The notes under the pieces: model-generated | Seen by the model: the letters and a program-made list of their open reading frames with translations, nothing else | What the model was told of the DNA's origin: nothing | The model's database searches: none | Program-made: the position numbers and the translations under genes | IMG/VR virus record: IMGVR_UViG_3300048854_000073 | Location: 1,828 to 65,827 of that record | DNA: 64,000 nucleotides | Source: a virus | Lineage: Duplodnaviria > Caudoviricetes | Strand: one strand, 5' to 3' | Shown here: positions 51,275-61,556 of the stretch, in pieces | Layout: each line of letters starts with the position of its first letter | Numbering within the stretch: position 1 is the first letter of the stretch

Positions 51275-52616
51275 TGCTGTCTCCTGTGGCGTTGGTATAG
51301 CGCTCCTGCACGCGAATCTCGCGCGAGCCCTCCGCGTTGAACTCGTCCGCAAACAGGCCAAGCTTCTCAAGCCTGTCATTCGCTGCCATCGCTGCTGTCA
51401 CAAAGCCATCAAACAAAGTCGTGGACGCAGCGAACTCCATGCCGCCCTGTTTGAAGGCAGCGAGGAACTGCGCATAATCCAGAACCGCATCCCACACATC
51501 CCGAGCACACTGGATGAAGTCGCCATCCGCGCTAGGCACCGGAGCATTGCCCAACACATTCAGGGTTACGCTCATGTCCTGCGTGGGATCGGGAACGACC
51601 GTGAAGAGATCGATTCCAGACGTGATGACGGTCGAATAATCCGCAGGAGCCGAATCCCACTCCACGAAGTATTGATCCATCTCGGTGACGCTCACCATGT
51701 CTGCAGGAATGCCATTGATGAACGCCTGCATGATCCACGGCGTACCCGTCATCAGCCTCAGTCCCATGGAGTACGTCTTCTTACTCCACTGCGCGCGAAG
51801 CGTGTCTGTCGCCTCCGACTCGCGATTCAGCAGGTCTGCGATCATGCCCCACTTCAGCACCCACGCATTATCATTCGGCACCGGCAACACACTGTCACTC
51901 GGAGGATTGAGTGTTCCGCCAGAGATGAGACCGAGGAGATCGTAAGTGCCTTCATTCACTGGCGGAACATCAACTTGCATCACTAGAGGGGGTAGCGATG
52001 CAATGTTGTACTGTGTCGGCGTTCCCCATGGCGCTACGGTGTAACCGGGCTCGTAGTAGTTCAAACCGGTATTGTCGTTGCGCATCAGCGTCGTTGGAAG
52101 CTCGCCCGTGGTCGGATCGGGAATCCACCGCGCGCGCGGGATATCGAGAATGCTATCGAAGATCGGAATAAAGAAATCACCCGGCGTCGTAGGGATGGGA
52201 TTGATCTGCACCAGATTGCAATTGGTGATCTGGATCGCCTCATTCAAACAACGCGAGAGCGCTGTGGAGAAGTCAGCTATCGTGAACTGGCTGGTGCCAG
52301 TCCACACCCCTCCAGTCGCAGGCTCCAACAGGTGATACTCCGTGAGCGTGTAGAGGGCAGTATCGGTCACTGATCGCAATCTCGGCGAACCAGTCAGGCT
52401 CCCGAGCGAGTACCACTCCGGTTTCGATGCAGCCGCAACGGTAAAAACGAATGAGGTCTTCCACGTGAAAGTCAGGGCATTCCATACGCGCAGCGCCTCC
52501 ACGATGTACTGTCCAAGTTCATCGTCAATCCAAAACCGTCCCGCCTGATCGGCTATAGCCAGCCGTGCGGCAAGTTGCTGTTTTGCCTGCGCAAATGTAA
52601 GCCACGTGTAAGCCAT
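51267..52616 (-). CDS. Head-tail adaptor / tail tubular-type protein
   Basis: TFAQAKQQLAARL...W.DDELGQYIVEAL; position. Confidence 0.6.
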   Translation of the reverse strand: MAYTWLTFAQAKQQLAARLAIADQAGRFWIDDELGQYIVEALRVWNALTFTWKTSFVFTVAAASKPEWYSLGSLTGSPRLRSVTDTALYTLTEYHLLEPATGGVWTGTSQFTIADFSTALSRCLNEAIQITNCNLVQINPIPTTPGDFFIPIFDSILDIPRARWIPDPTTGELPTTLMRNDNTGLNYYEPGYTVAPWGTPTQYNIASLPPLVMQVDVPPVNEGTYDLLGLISGGTLNPPSDSVLPVPNDNAWVLKWGMIADLLNRESEATDTLRAQWSKKTYSMGLRLMTGTPWIMQAFINGIPADMVSVTEMDQYFVEWDSAPADYSTVITSGIDLFTVVPDPTQDMSVTLNVLGNAPVPSADGDFIQCARDVWDAVLDYAQFLAAFKQGGMEFAASTTLFDGFVTAAMAANDRLEKLGLFADEFNAEGSREIRVQERYTNATGDSNG

Positions 52617-52618
52617 CG

Positions 52619-52810
52619 TTAGGTCTTGATTCCGCTGCTACCCTTCAGGTTTGAATTCTTGCGCTGATTCTTCAACGCAATCGCGGCCATCTGCTTATCC
52701 GCAACCTTCTTCCCGTACTTCTCCTGCGTGGTTGCGAAGACCTTTCCGCGTCGTAGCTCATGGAAGTTCTTCTTCAATGCCGCGCCGGTTCCCGATTGAA
52801 TCAGTGGCAT
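52619..52810 (-). CDS. Small basic virion protein
   Basis: MPLIQSG...KNFHEL...KQMAAIAL pattern. Confidence 0.65.
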   Translation of the reverse strand: MPLIQSGTGAALKKNFHELRRGKVFATTQEKYGKKVADKQMAAIALKNQRKNSNLKGSSGIKT

Positions 52811-52812
52811 AG

Positions 52813-53025
52813 TTACCCTTTCTTTTTGTCGCGCTTCCCGCTCGCCTTCTTCTTCGCGATCCCCTTCATGTTCTGTGCGAAGACAGCTTCCTTTTTACGC
52901 AGGCCTCCCGCCTTCTTTCCCGCTGCGATCTTCTTCTTCGTCGCTTTGCCGAACTTCCCCAACGTTCCCTTTTCCTTCATCTTGTCCGTTGCTGCCTGTA
53001 TCCACTGCTGTTTTCCCTTGGTCAT
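52813..53025 (-). CDS. Small Lys-rich protein
   Basis: AGGAGG RBS before ATG 53025. Confidence 0.7.
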   Translation of the reverse strand: MTKGKQQWIQAATDKMKEKGTLGKFGKATKKKIAAGKKAGGLRKKEAVFAQNMKGIAKKKASGKRDKKKG

Positions 53026-53317
53026 ACACAACCTCCTGAATCGTTCCGTCCGGTTTGCTGACGATCTCCGCAAGCACCTTTCGGAATGGGTGCTTCTGTA
53101 CATAAACCCGTGTCGCTGCCAGAGCTGTCAGTCCCACTTTCGCGATGAAGGTCCTGATGCCGTGTTCGTGGTTCAAGTCCGAAAACGGATACTCCAACAC
53201 CGCGCTGACGATGGCGATCCACACAAACGCCTCCAGCGCTGCGATCCACGACTGCAGCGATTGTGGAAGGCTGTTCCACCGGTTTGCGATCTTTGCCCCT
53301 ATCTCCGCCAGTGTCAT
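52895..53317 (-). CDS. Putative holin-like membrane protein
   Basis: Two hydrophobic segments; AGGAG RBS; C-terminus overlaps the Lys-rich gene. Confidence 0.45.
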   Translation of the reverse strand: MTLAEIGAKIANRWNSLPQSLQSWIAALEAFVWIAIVSAVLEYPFSDLNHEHGIRTFIAKVGLTALAATRVYVQKHPFRKVLAEIVSKPDGTIQEVVYDQGKTAVDTGSNGQDEGKGNVGEVRQSDEEEDRSGKEGGRPA

Positions 53318-53326
53318 TGCGTTCTC

Positions 53327-55822
53327 CTAAAACAAATTCGTCAGCGCCACATTGCTCCCCAGCGTCCCCGAACCGCCATACTCATGGATGGAAGCCATGT
53401 TGGTAATTCGCCACTCATCCAGCGGGGTAAACCCTGATTCGGTTGCGAGAAACAAATAGTGATCGAGTCCAACCGATGCCACCATAGCGGTCGAGAAGTT
53501 TGCCGCAAACCCTACCGGATACGTCGGAGCTGGAAGCGAGATAAACCGGTTTCGCGAAACGGTCTGCTGTGTGAACTCGCCGACGAACAAACCATCTTCG
53601 TAGAACTGCGAAAACGAATTGCCCCACGTCGCATACTGGCCGTCATAAACGACATAGATAAACCTTCCCTCAGATCGCGCAATGGTGCCGGAGTGACCAC
53701 CGAATCCATTCGTGCCGGGACATGGCCGAGCTGGAGAACCATCACCCGAAGGAAAGTTCCCTTTCAGGTCTGGATACAACATGCAGGCATCCGGGTTCAC
53801 CGTGAACACATAAGAGTTACGTCCAGCAATCGCACCACCTAGATGCGGATGGCCAAGCGTCGTATAGGCCTGCGCATACCACACCGGGTACACGCCTCCT
53901 GTTGTGGGCCATACATTCGGAACCACGCCACCGCCCTTCAGCGAAGTGGGCTGCGTGTTCGCATTCGCGTTGACGACAGTCACATTCACCGACGAGGCCC
54001 ATGTTGGATTATTCGATCCATCAAAGCCTGTGAGCGCCTGACGTGTCACCGTTTGATTCAGATTCGGCGTGGTGCCTGTCGAGGTGACAAACATCAGACT
54101 TCCATCGCGCATCAGCACCGGAGCCTGAAAGACGCTGGTTTGGCCGGTATAACGAAGCGGGGTGCCATCGTTCGGAAACTCTGCCATGTATCCGAAGTTT
54201 GTAGAAAAACCATTGATCTGGCCATAGGTGCGGCCGTTCGAAAGCGTCTCCACCGTCAGGATGTAGCCCTTGAGATTCTTGCCCGAGGGTGGAACGTTTC
54301 CGACATTCCAGTTCTTTACCGGACCCGTCCATGCTCCATTGCCGCCGAGCGCCGGATCGGGATCGCCGGGAACAATCGGCTTGGTGTAATCCCTCGTGTA
54401 TTCCAGATATCCCGCAAACACACGTGAAGGGTTGTTGTGATCCACAGCGCAGTCATACAGCGCTGGCGTATACAGAATGCGATTGACGTAGGTGTAGGAA
54501 GCTCCATTCGGCGTCACGTGCAAAACGCGTTGCCCTGTTCCTGCATCGCTGAACCACACGTCTCCGTTATCTTCTACCGAGACCCATGAACCATTCGTGG
54601 TGTTGTTGGTAAGGATGGCCTGATTGTCGAGCATCAACCGCGTGTTGGTGATCGTAGGATTCCCGTCCGTGTAGCCTCCGGCATCGCCATACGTGCGCAC
54701 CAGCGCATTCGAGGCGTCGTACTCTTTGAGCTGTTGCGAAGTCCCGCCATCCAGAACATAGACATGATTGTTCACGCGATTCACAGCCACGGCCACAGGG
54801 TTCGACAGGCCTGCAATTGGCGAAGTGATCGTGTTCGATGTTCCTACGCCTGTGATGAGATTCAGCGCTCCATTGGCAACCACCCATAGACCCGCGCTCG
54901 CAAACGCCATCTGTTGCGGGTTGGTGATCGTGATGTTGCCGAGCGAACTCCCCGTGGTCTTATCGAACAGATGAATGGAATTCGGGGTCTGCGTGTTGGG
55001 CACATTCAGAACGTTGTTGCCGTGAGCGACAGCAACGATCTGTCCTCCGGTCTGTACTGCAATGCCGGTCGGGATCGCAACCCCGGCCGCGCTCTGATCG
55101 ATGACGCTAAGGGTGGTGTTGTTGTATCCAGTGTTCGGGGTCTGGCTTCCGACTGAGCCTACAATCGAGGTTCCATTGGTGAATGCAGACGGCATCCCAC
55201 CATAGGCAGAGAACTTCGTGATCCATGTTCCGCCTGTAGACCCGTTCATCAAAAACAGCTCTTTGTCATCCGTCGCCAAATCCGGCATGGCGATGATGTT
55301 GTTCAGGTAGTTCGTGCTTAGAATCGTTGGCGAGTTAGGCTTATTGCGATTGAACCAGAACATTCCATACTGGCCCTCTGCATACCCGCTCACACCCCAA
55401 CCAACGCCACCCACAATCACAAACTTCAACGTGGGAGGAGTACCGAACTGCGACCAGTTGTTGTTGTTTTCGGTCCAGCTATCCGAGGTGCTTCCGATCA
55501 CTCCATCCCAGATGTACTTCACCTTGTTCATCAGGACCTTGATCGTGTAGGTGCCTGCAGCAGCCTGATTGCCTTGGTTGTCCAGACCGTTCCACGTCGC
55601 GCTCTTCAGCGTGTTAGAGCTGATCTCCTGACGCGCAGTCCACAGGGTACGAATGTTTGCTCCAGTGGAATCAAACACAGCAGCCGAAGACATGGGATCG
55701 TTGGAAGCAAGGTCCGTGGTGGACAGCGGGACCTGATACGTAAAGGTCATGTCCGTAGGCAACGCAACCTGTGCGGCCAAAGGCAGAGTTACAAACAAAA
55801 AGATGAGGAGTTTTAGTTTCAT
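53327..55822 (-). CDS. Exported protein: signal peptide + FlgD-like Ig domain + beta-propeller
   Basis: MKLKLLIFLFVTLPLAAQ; VFDSTGANIRTL...WNGLDNQGNQAAAGTYTIKV; NPVAVAV..NNHVYVLD repeats. Confidence 0.75.
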   Translation of the reverse strand: MKLKLLIFLFVTLPLAAQVALPTDMTFTYQVPLSTTDLASNDPMSSAAVFDSTGANIRTLWTARQEISSNTLKSATWNGLDNQGNQAAAGTYTIKVLMNKVKYIWDGVIGSTSDSWTENNNNWSQFGTPPTLKFVIVGGVGWGVSGYAEGQYGMFWFNRNKPNSPTILSTNYLNNIIAMPDLATDDKELFLMNGSTGGTWITKFSAYGGMPSAFTNGTSIVGSVGSQTPNTGYNNTTLSVIDQSAAGVAIPTGIAVQTGGQIVAVAHGNNVLNVPNTQTPNSIHLFDKTTGSSLGNITITNPQQMAFASAGLWVVANGALNLITGVGTSNTITSPIAGLSNPVAVAVNRVNNHVYVLDGGTSQQLKEYDASNALVRTYGDAGGYTDGNPTITNTRLMLDNQAILTNNTTNGSWVSVEDNGDVWFSDAGTGQRVLHVTPNGASYTYVNRILYTPALYDCAVDHNNPSRVFAGYLEYTRDYTKPIVPGDPDPALGGNGAWTGPVKNWNVGNVPPSGKNLKGYILTVETLSNGRTYGQINGFSTNFGYMAEFPNDGTPLRYTGQTSVFQAPVLMRDGSLMFVTSTGTTPNLNQTVTRQALTGFDGSNNPTWASSVNVTVVNANANTQPTSLKGGGVVPNVWPTTGGVYPVWYAQAYTTLGHPHLGGAIAGRNSYVFTVNPDACMLYPDLKGNFPSGDGSPARPCPGTNGFGGHSGTIARSEGRFIYVVYDGQYATWGNSFSQFYEDGLFVGEFTQQTVSRNRFISLPAPTYPVGFAANFSTAMVASVGLDHYLFLATESGFTPLDEWRITNMASIHEYGGSGTLGSNVALTNLF

Positions 55823-58656
55823 CAGAAAGCCGAAAGGGCTGCCCTCCGCCAGATATTTGTTGCCGTGCAGAAATAAATGAAGCTGCCAGTTGAGTCCGCT
55901 ACAAACTGCCCTTGCTGACAGGGCGATGTGCTTGTAGGGGCTGTCACCACTGCGAACGGGAAGTTTTGGTTCTGCACGTTGAACACGTTATTGATCTGCA
56001 GAGGATTGGGGAAAGGCGAAGCTGTGTTTGCCTGACGCACCTGAAGCCCATCGGCATAGAAGCCACGCGCGATGAATATGTCTTGCGCGCTTCCATTGAT
56101 CTTTGTTGTTCCATAGACCGATGTGAGATGTCGTGTCTGACCTACAGGAAGATAAGGATCAGTCCCCGGCGAACCGGCTCCATTGTCGGTGTAGATGTCG
56201 CGAAGGTATACGTTCGATGAGTTGAGCGATGTCAACGCCGGTCGCGTCGTGCCTGCAGAGTTGAAAGTCGTGATCGAAATGCCGCGCCCCAATCCATCCG
56301 CCAGCACACCATCCCAAAAGCGCGGAATCGCCGAGAAGCCTCCAGCGCTGATGCCGGGGTAGCAGAGGTAGTAGGGGTAGAATCCTGCCTGTGCAGCCTG
56401 ATAGGGTGCGCCTCCCACAAAGTCCGTGGTGCGATCCACCACTGTGGTCGTATCCGGACAGCTCGTTGAACCGTTGGAGAGTGGAGTCCACAGCCCCGTG
56501 CCTCCCGGAGTCGTCGGTCCGTTCTGCGTCTTCCAGATGTTCGTCTCAAAAAAGGTATCGAGCGTTGCATTCATGGACCCGATGAACGAGACGTTATTGA
56601 TCTGAAGATTTCGGCACTGTCCCCAATAGTAGGGGGTTTGGTTATTGTCGGGGTGACCCATCACATTCCCGCCCATCACGCCACCGGCTCCCGAACGCAC
56701 ATTGCGCGAGGTCCAGCCGCCACCACATACACCTGCGGAATTCGCGCGGACCGAACTGTTCTCGATCACCGTCGCGTTATAAGGAACACCGGCAATGAAA
56801 TTATTGGTGCGAAAGACGCTGCCGAATATCCACGGCACTGCACCTTCAAAGGTGATGTCGCTGATGCGCAGATTCTCCACCACTCCCGGAAACCAGAAGC
56901 CAACAAAGCCGCGAATCGTGAACCCGGAAATCTTCATCGAGTACGCATTCGGGACCGATGCGGTTGAACCCGGATTGCTCGATGCCGCCTGAAGCTGCGT
57001 TCCATCCGCATCGCAGAACACTGCCGGTTCCGTCGTGGCAATCTTTCCGGTATCAAACTCATAGACGGAGTGAATGATCGGATTGCCGTCGCCGATGATG
57101 TTCACACCGTTCTTCACGATAACCGAACAAGCCTGCACCGTAGGAGCTTCCGGAGCCATAAGAGAGCACTGCGCTGTTCCCTGCGTACCAAGGCATGAGT
57201 TGCCGAACGCCACAGGGATACCGGTTGCGTTGGCATTGCCTCCAAACGTGCAGGCCGTCCCACCTTGAGTGACTGCAAAGCTGGTGATCGTCGCCGTTGC
57301 GCTTGAAACCGTTGTGGTCAGCGCGGGAAGCGTGCCTGTGCAGCCTGCGAGCCCGGGAACATAGGCAGGGATACCCGTCGTGTATCCATGACCATTCGCG
57401 CTCAACTGCGGATTGGTAATGACACCGCTCACAAGGTCCACGGTTCCCACAGCACCATCGCCACCAAGCGGGATCGGAACTCCCTGCACTCCAATGGAGG
57501 CGTATCCCATTCCCGCCGAAGTCACTGTGCAGGCTCCGGTCGAATTGCCGCTTGCATCCGTCAGCACCGTGGCATTGGCTCCAGAGCCAAGTCCCGACGG
57601 GTCCACAAACAGCACCGGAATATTTGCATTCGGCGCATAGCCCACCATGCCGCTCGAAGTGCAGCTCATCAGTGTGCCATTGGCAATCACCGGATTCACC
57701 GCTCCGGCTCTCACGAATCCGGCGAAGCCTGTGTAATCTCCAAAGTCGCGTGGAAGGTTGAAGACCGCGTTCGTCGCGCCAAAGTAATAGCCATTCACCG
57801 TGCTTGGAAAACGCAGCGTCTTAATCGCCTGCGGGGCATTGATGGAATTGAGAAACTGAATCGCGCGATTGAAGCACACCGAGTCTTCGTTGTTCCCGCT
57901 TCCCGCGTTTGGACAAACATCCTGCGGCGTCATTGTGAGCTGAAGCACACCATCCCGAGTGCGAGCAATCGCAATATCCGGGTTCTGCTTATAGCCTGCC
58001 GACGTTTTCTCCAGCACGTTACCAGCCGCGTCCGCAATCGCAGCCGAGGCCGCAAAGCTTCCCGCCGTTCCTAGCATCTGAATCTGGCCGAGGATCGTGC
58101 CTGCAGCCGACGCAGTTGAGAGTCCGCAGGTGCCGTCACTCTTCAGAAATCCAACGCAGGTGCCGTCCGCATTGAAGGTGTTGACGACATCCACAAAACC
58201 AGCCAATCCACCTACACCATTCGTCACCTTCACGATGCCGGTCCCGCTCGGCAAGCCACCGCCTCCGCCTCCTCCACCGCCGACAGGAACATCCACCAGC
58301 GTGTAAGTCTGCGGCATTGCAATCGGCGTGCCTCCGTTCAAAGAGACATCCAGCGCAACGCCTGTCGCCGAGTAGAAAGTCCACGCTCCATTGGTCGCAG
58401 CCGTAAACGGATTCGAAAGCTGCGTTAGACCGTCCTTCGTCGAATAGATTGTGGCCTTGGTCGTGGTGCCGGTCAGATACACAGTCACGTTGCAACGCGG
58501 ATAGCTGGCTTGCACCGTGTTGGTTGAGGTCATGCCCTGCAGGCTGACCTTGATTCCTCCAAGCTCGCACCAACCCTGCACGGCTGCGTTCTGCGCCGAC
58601 GCAGGGACACACAGGCCACCGGCAATCAAACAGAACAGCAACAGCGCTCTCTTCAT
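55822..58656 (-). CDS. Tailspike/fibre-like protein with signal peptide and many Cys
   Basis: MKRALLLFCLIAGGLCVPASAQ at ATGA-coupled start 58656; beta-helix-like core; C-terminal CQQGQFVAD..FIYFCTATNIWRR. Confidence 0.7.
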   Translation of the reverse strand: MKRALLLFCLIAGGLCVPASAQNAAVQGWCELGGIKVSLQGMTSTNTVQASYPRCNVTVYLTGTTTKATIYSTKDGLTQLSNPFTAATNGAWTFYSATGVALDVSLNGGTPIAMPQTYTLVDVPVGGGGGGGGGLPSGTGIVKVTNGVGGLAGFVDVVNTFNADGTCVGFLKSDGTCGLSTASAAGTILGQIQMLGTAGSFAASAAIADAAGNVLEKTSAGYKQNPDIAIARTRDGVLQLTMTPQDVCPNAGSGNNEDSVCFNRAIQFLNSINAPQAIKTLRFPSTVNGYYFGATNAVFNLPRDFGDYTGFAGFVRAGAVNPVIANGTLMSCTSSGMVGYAPNANIPVLFVDPSGLGSGANATVLTDASGNSTGACTVTSAGMGYASIGVQGVPIPLGGDGAVGTVDLVSGVITNPQLSANGHGYTTGIPAYVPGLAGCTGTLPALTTTVSSATATITSFAVTQGGTACTFGGNANATGIPVAFGNSCLGTQGTAQCSLMAPEAPTVQACSVIVKNGVNIIGDGNPIIHSVYEFDTGKIATTEPAVFCDADGTQLQAASSNPGSTASVPNAYSMKISGFTIRGFVGFWFPGVVENLRISDITFEGAVPWIFGSVFRTNNFIAGVPYNATVIENSSVRANSAGVCGGGWTSRNVRSGAGGVMGGNVMGHPDNNQTPYYWGQCRNLQINNVSFIGSMNATLDTFFETNIWKTQNGPTTPGGTGLWTPLSNGSTSCPDTTTVVDRTTDFVGGAPYQAAQAGFYPYYLCYPGISAGGFSAIPRFWDGVLADGLGRGISITTFNSAGTTRPALTSLNSSNVYLRDIYTDNGAGSPGTDPYLPVGQTRHLTSVYGTTKINGSAQDIFIARGFYADGLQVRQANTASPFPNPLQINNVFNVQNQNFPFAVVTAPTSTSPCQQGQFVADSTGSFIYFCTATNIWRRAALSAF

Positions 58657-59027
58657 CGGGTCACCATCACAGTGGCGTTCACCGCATTGGTCAGCGTGAC
58701 CATCCGAACGCGCACAAACTTCGTCCATTCCGTTGTGGTGCTGTAGCGTCCGCTGAAGCCCGCACCAACTGCGACGATCTTGTCCAGCAACACATAAGCG
58801 GAATCCACATCGATGTCGCTGACTTCGATATCGATCTCGAAAGCTCCGGGATCGCCAGCAAAGACAGCCTGTACCGAGAAGCCCCACGGATAAGCAGCTC
58901 CGCGCTCTCGCCGCAACTCAAAGGCCACGCTGGCCGCGCCAGCAGGAACCGCCTCGGCATTGAAGAAGAGACCTTGCCGGTTTTCATACAACAGTTGCGC
59001 GAGGTTATTGCCGGGATATGCAGGCAT
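58653..59027 (-). CDS. Virion structural protein (putative)
   Basis: AGGAG RBS before ATG 59027; jelly-roll-like beta pattern. Confidence 0.6.
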   Translation of the reverse strand: MPAYPGNNLAQLLYENRQGLFFNAEAVPAGAASVAFELRRERGAAYPWGFSVQAVFAGDPGAFEIDIEVSDIDVDSAYVLLDKIVAVGAGFSGRYSTTTEWTKFVRVRMVTLTNAVNATVMVTR

Positions 59028-59035
59028 CGTGACTC

Positions 59036-60067
59036 CTAGAAAGTTCCAACGTTGAGCGTTCCGATCATCGTTTCGTAGCCATCCGATGTAATCGGCGTCT
59101 GAATAAACTTCGCCCAATACAGATCACCCAAACCGGCATCCAGCAGCTTCACCGTCTTCAATCGAGTGTTGTATTGCGCGCGTGCATCTTGTGTGAGGAA
59201 GCGCCAATCCGCTCCCGATCCGCGCTGAAGGTCGTCCCCCTTCTGCGATTCCTTGTACAGATAGGCCTGCTCCTTCGCGCGCCACAGCACCAGCTCTTCA
59301 TTCAGCGGGTACGGAACCGTGTCGGTAGGTTTCTTCAGCAGCGGTCCCTGATGCACGTAGTTGTACGCGTAAGGCAGGATGCTCAGAGGGTGCGGCCACA
59401 GCTCATACATCATCTGTCCAAGCGTCGAACTGTTCGGCCTCTGATCCACCTCGTAGGGCACCGCATACGTGGGCACGTCGAAGACTGTGCGCTGCGGATC
59501 GTTGACGCTTAGCCAAGCCTGATCGCGCTGCCACCAGTTGATCCATGCATTGTTGGTGGTGTCGCGGATCGCGCCGAACTTGCGAAAGGTCTCGGAGCCG
59601 CAGGGGAAGTACGCCTGATAGATCATGTACACGCCGTTCACCTGCGCAGGCTCCATCCAGTTGCGATCTAGGACGAGAGTGGCGAACGGGGTCGAAGGAT
59701 CATCCGGATTATCACCGGGAGGATAGTAGGCAATGATGTTGTACAGTGCGTAGCTCTGAATCCGGAACTGCTGTTCCGTCAGAAACGGCCGTCCTACCAA
59801 GCCTGCCCAAAATGTCGTGGCAACAGCATCGGCGTACACCGTGTTCTGGTATGTCGCCACGCTGATCCGGCCGGGACTCTGATACGGCAAATTCATCGTC
59901 GGGCCACCAAGAAGTCCCGGGCTCAACCATCCCGCCTCCTTTACCTGAAAGCTCCAACGCTGCTCGTCATAGATCAGCTTCAGCGAACGGTTGATGAGGG
60001 TTGCCGAATAAGGCAGAGGGAGTCCCGGCACATCGCCGAGCAATTCTTTCTGCATGTCACGAAACAC
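59036..60067 (-). CDS. Head completion / adaptor protein (putative)
   Basis: Position after capsid genes; GGAGG RBS. Confidence 0.55.
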   Translation of the reverse strand: MFRDMQKELLGDVPGLPLPYSATLINRSLKLIYDEQRWSFQVKEAGWLSPGLLGGPTMNLPYQSPGRISVATYQNTVYADAVATTFWAGLVGRPFLTEQQFRIQSYALYNIIAYYPPGDNPDDPSTPFATLVLDRNWMEPAQVNGVYMIYQAYFPCGSETFRKFGAIRDTTNNAWINWWQRDQAWLSVNDPQRTVFDVPTYAVPYEVDQRPNSSTLGQMMYELWPHPLSILPYAYNYVHQGPLLKKPTDTVPYPLNEELVLWRAKEQAYLYKESQKGDDLQRGSGADWRFLTQDARAQYNTRLKTVKLLDAGLGDLYWAKFIQTPITSDGYETMIGTLNVGTF

Positions 60068-60151
60068 CGTTCCCCTCCTCTCGAAAAAGAAGGCCTCTTC
60101 CAGTCACCCGGACGAGGCCTTACTTGGCAATCGTTCTGGCTTCGTTCCGCG

Positions 60152-60706
60152 CTAGTACACTCCGCCGAATCCGCCGATCTGTACCACCTGCGCAGAGAGA
60201 TCAGTTCCCGGAGCAACCGGGCCAGCTACGGTCAACGTAGCGGTCAGGGTTGCGGGTGTGCCTCCCGAAGCAAGCGTGAAAGTAGGTGCTGACGTATAGC
60301 CGACACCGGCATTCAGAACCTTGATCGCACCTAGCGTGGTCGCAGTTGCAACCACCACCGAAATCTGCGCTCCCGATCCACCGCCTCCGGTCGCATTCAC
60401 GATGTAGGTTCCGGGGGTCTGTCCGGTTCCTGCAACGTTCTGCGCCACACTGGCCACCGTCCCGAGTACGCCACTCCACACAAGCGTCTGCGTTGCGCGA
60501 TTCCCGAAGCTCTGCGGCAATGCCTTGACTTCGTAAGCTCCCCCGACAGACAACGCGGAGAAGATCACGTCAATGTAGTTGTCGTAGCGCGGGAGAACGA
60601 TAGGGTCTCCCGTTGCCACGTAAGACGAAGGTCCGTTTCCATAGCCAGCGAAGGCGAATCGCTTGCCGATGTAGTCCGGATATCCGTGAAGAAAAGTAAG
60701 CTGCAT
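60152..60706 (-). CDS. Capsid-associated protein with inserted Gly-rich beta module
   Basis: GTGQTPG...GGGGSGA...AGVGYTSAPTFT. Confidence 0.6.
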   Translation of the reverse strand: MQLTFLHGYPDYIGKRFAFAGYGNGPSSYVATGDPIVLPRYDNYIDVIFSALSVGGAYEVKALPQSFGNRATQTLVWSGVLGTVASVAQNVAGTGQTPGTYIVNATGGGGSGAQISVVVATATTLGAIKVLNAGVGYTSAPTFTLASGGTPATLTATLTVAGPVAPGTDLSAQVVQIGGFGGVY

Positions 60707-60716
60707 TGCTCGCTCC

Positions 60717-61547
60717 TTATCCGTTCCAGACGGGCAACGTCAGCACCGCGCGATAGTAAGCATTCGCAATAGGCGCATCGATGGCCGTTCCGAACGCAGA
60801 GACAAGCGGAGCCGTAGCGGCCGCAATGCTCTGGAAGGTTCCATCGGTCGGTGTGAACGGAGAGACTACCGATCCCACCACTGCGACTGCAGCGGTTGCG
60901 GTCTGTTGAATCGTCGCTACGCCATTCTCCTGAATCCATCCGTAGTTGCCGGGTGTGATCGTATTCAGAAACACACCGCGACCCTGCGAAAGATTCACGC
61001 CAGCGATGTCACGCGACGTGACGATGTAGGTGTTCTCCGCCATCTGCGCTTGGAAGGTCGCAGGCGTGCCACCAGAGACCAATGTGAAGGTCGGAGCGGT
61101 TGTGTAGCCCTCGCCGGAAGCCACGACAACCGGAGCGGCCGTCACTGTGCCGCCTGCGGCTACCGTGATGCCGAGAATGGCACCTGTGCCGCCTCCGCCC
61201 GTGCCTGCTACCTGATAGAAGCCGGGAGTCTGCCCCGTGCCTGCAGTCAGGATCAGCGCGCCGATCAGCGAGGTTCCCGGGATCACGTACGCAGCCTTAC
61301 CCTTGGCCACGTTCGCGGCGGTCGCATTGTCGGCGATCTTCACACGCCGATAGCGCCCCTGAAACAGCAAGCCAATCGCGGTATTGGACTGGTTGGCAGC
61401 ACCGAGATCGTCAAAATCAAGGCAATCGCCAAGCACCAACCCGCCAGCGTTGGTCTGCTGATACGTGCGTGAGTTGTAGAAGCCGCTCGGAGAGATATCA
61501 TTCGCGGCGTTCAGTGGTGTGGGGAGAAGATCAAATACCTTCAGCAT
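60717..61547 (-). CDS. Capsid decoration/cement protein (putative)
   Basis: Directly after MCP; shares the GTGQTPG...GEGYTTAPTFT module. Confidence 0.6.
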   Translation of the reverse strand: MLKVFDLLPTPLNAANDISPSGFYNSRTYQQTNAGGLVLGDCLDFDDLGAANQSNTAIGLLFQGRYRRVKIADNATAANVAKGKAAYVIPGTSLIGALILTAGTGQTPGFYQVAGTGGGGTGAILGITVAAGGTVTAAPVVVASGEGYTTAPTFTLVSGGTPATFQAQMAENTYIVTSRDIAGVNLSQGRGVFLNTITPGNYGWIQENGVATIQQTATAAVAVVGSVVSPFTPTDGTFQSIAAATAPLVSAFGTAIDAPIANAYYRAVLTLPVWNG

Positions 61548-61556
61548 GCTCGCTCC

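Noticed and set aside
58657-58887. N-terminal extension of ORF 55822-58887
   Set aside because: It overlaps the upstream gene; the ATGA-coupled start at 58656 begins a clean signal peptide.
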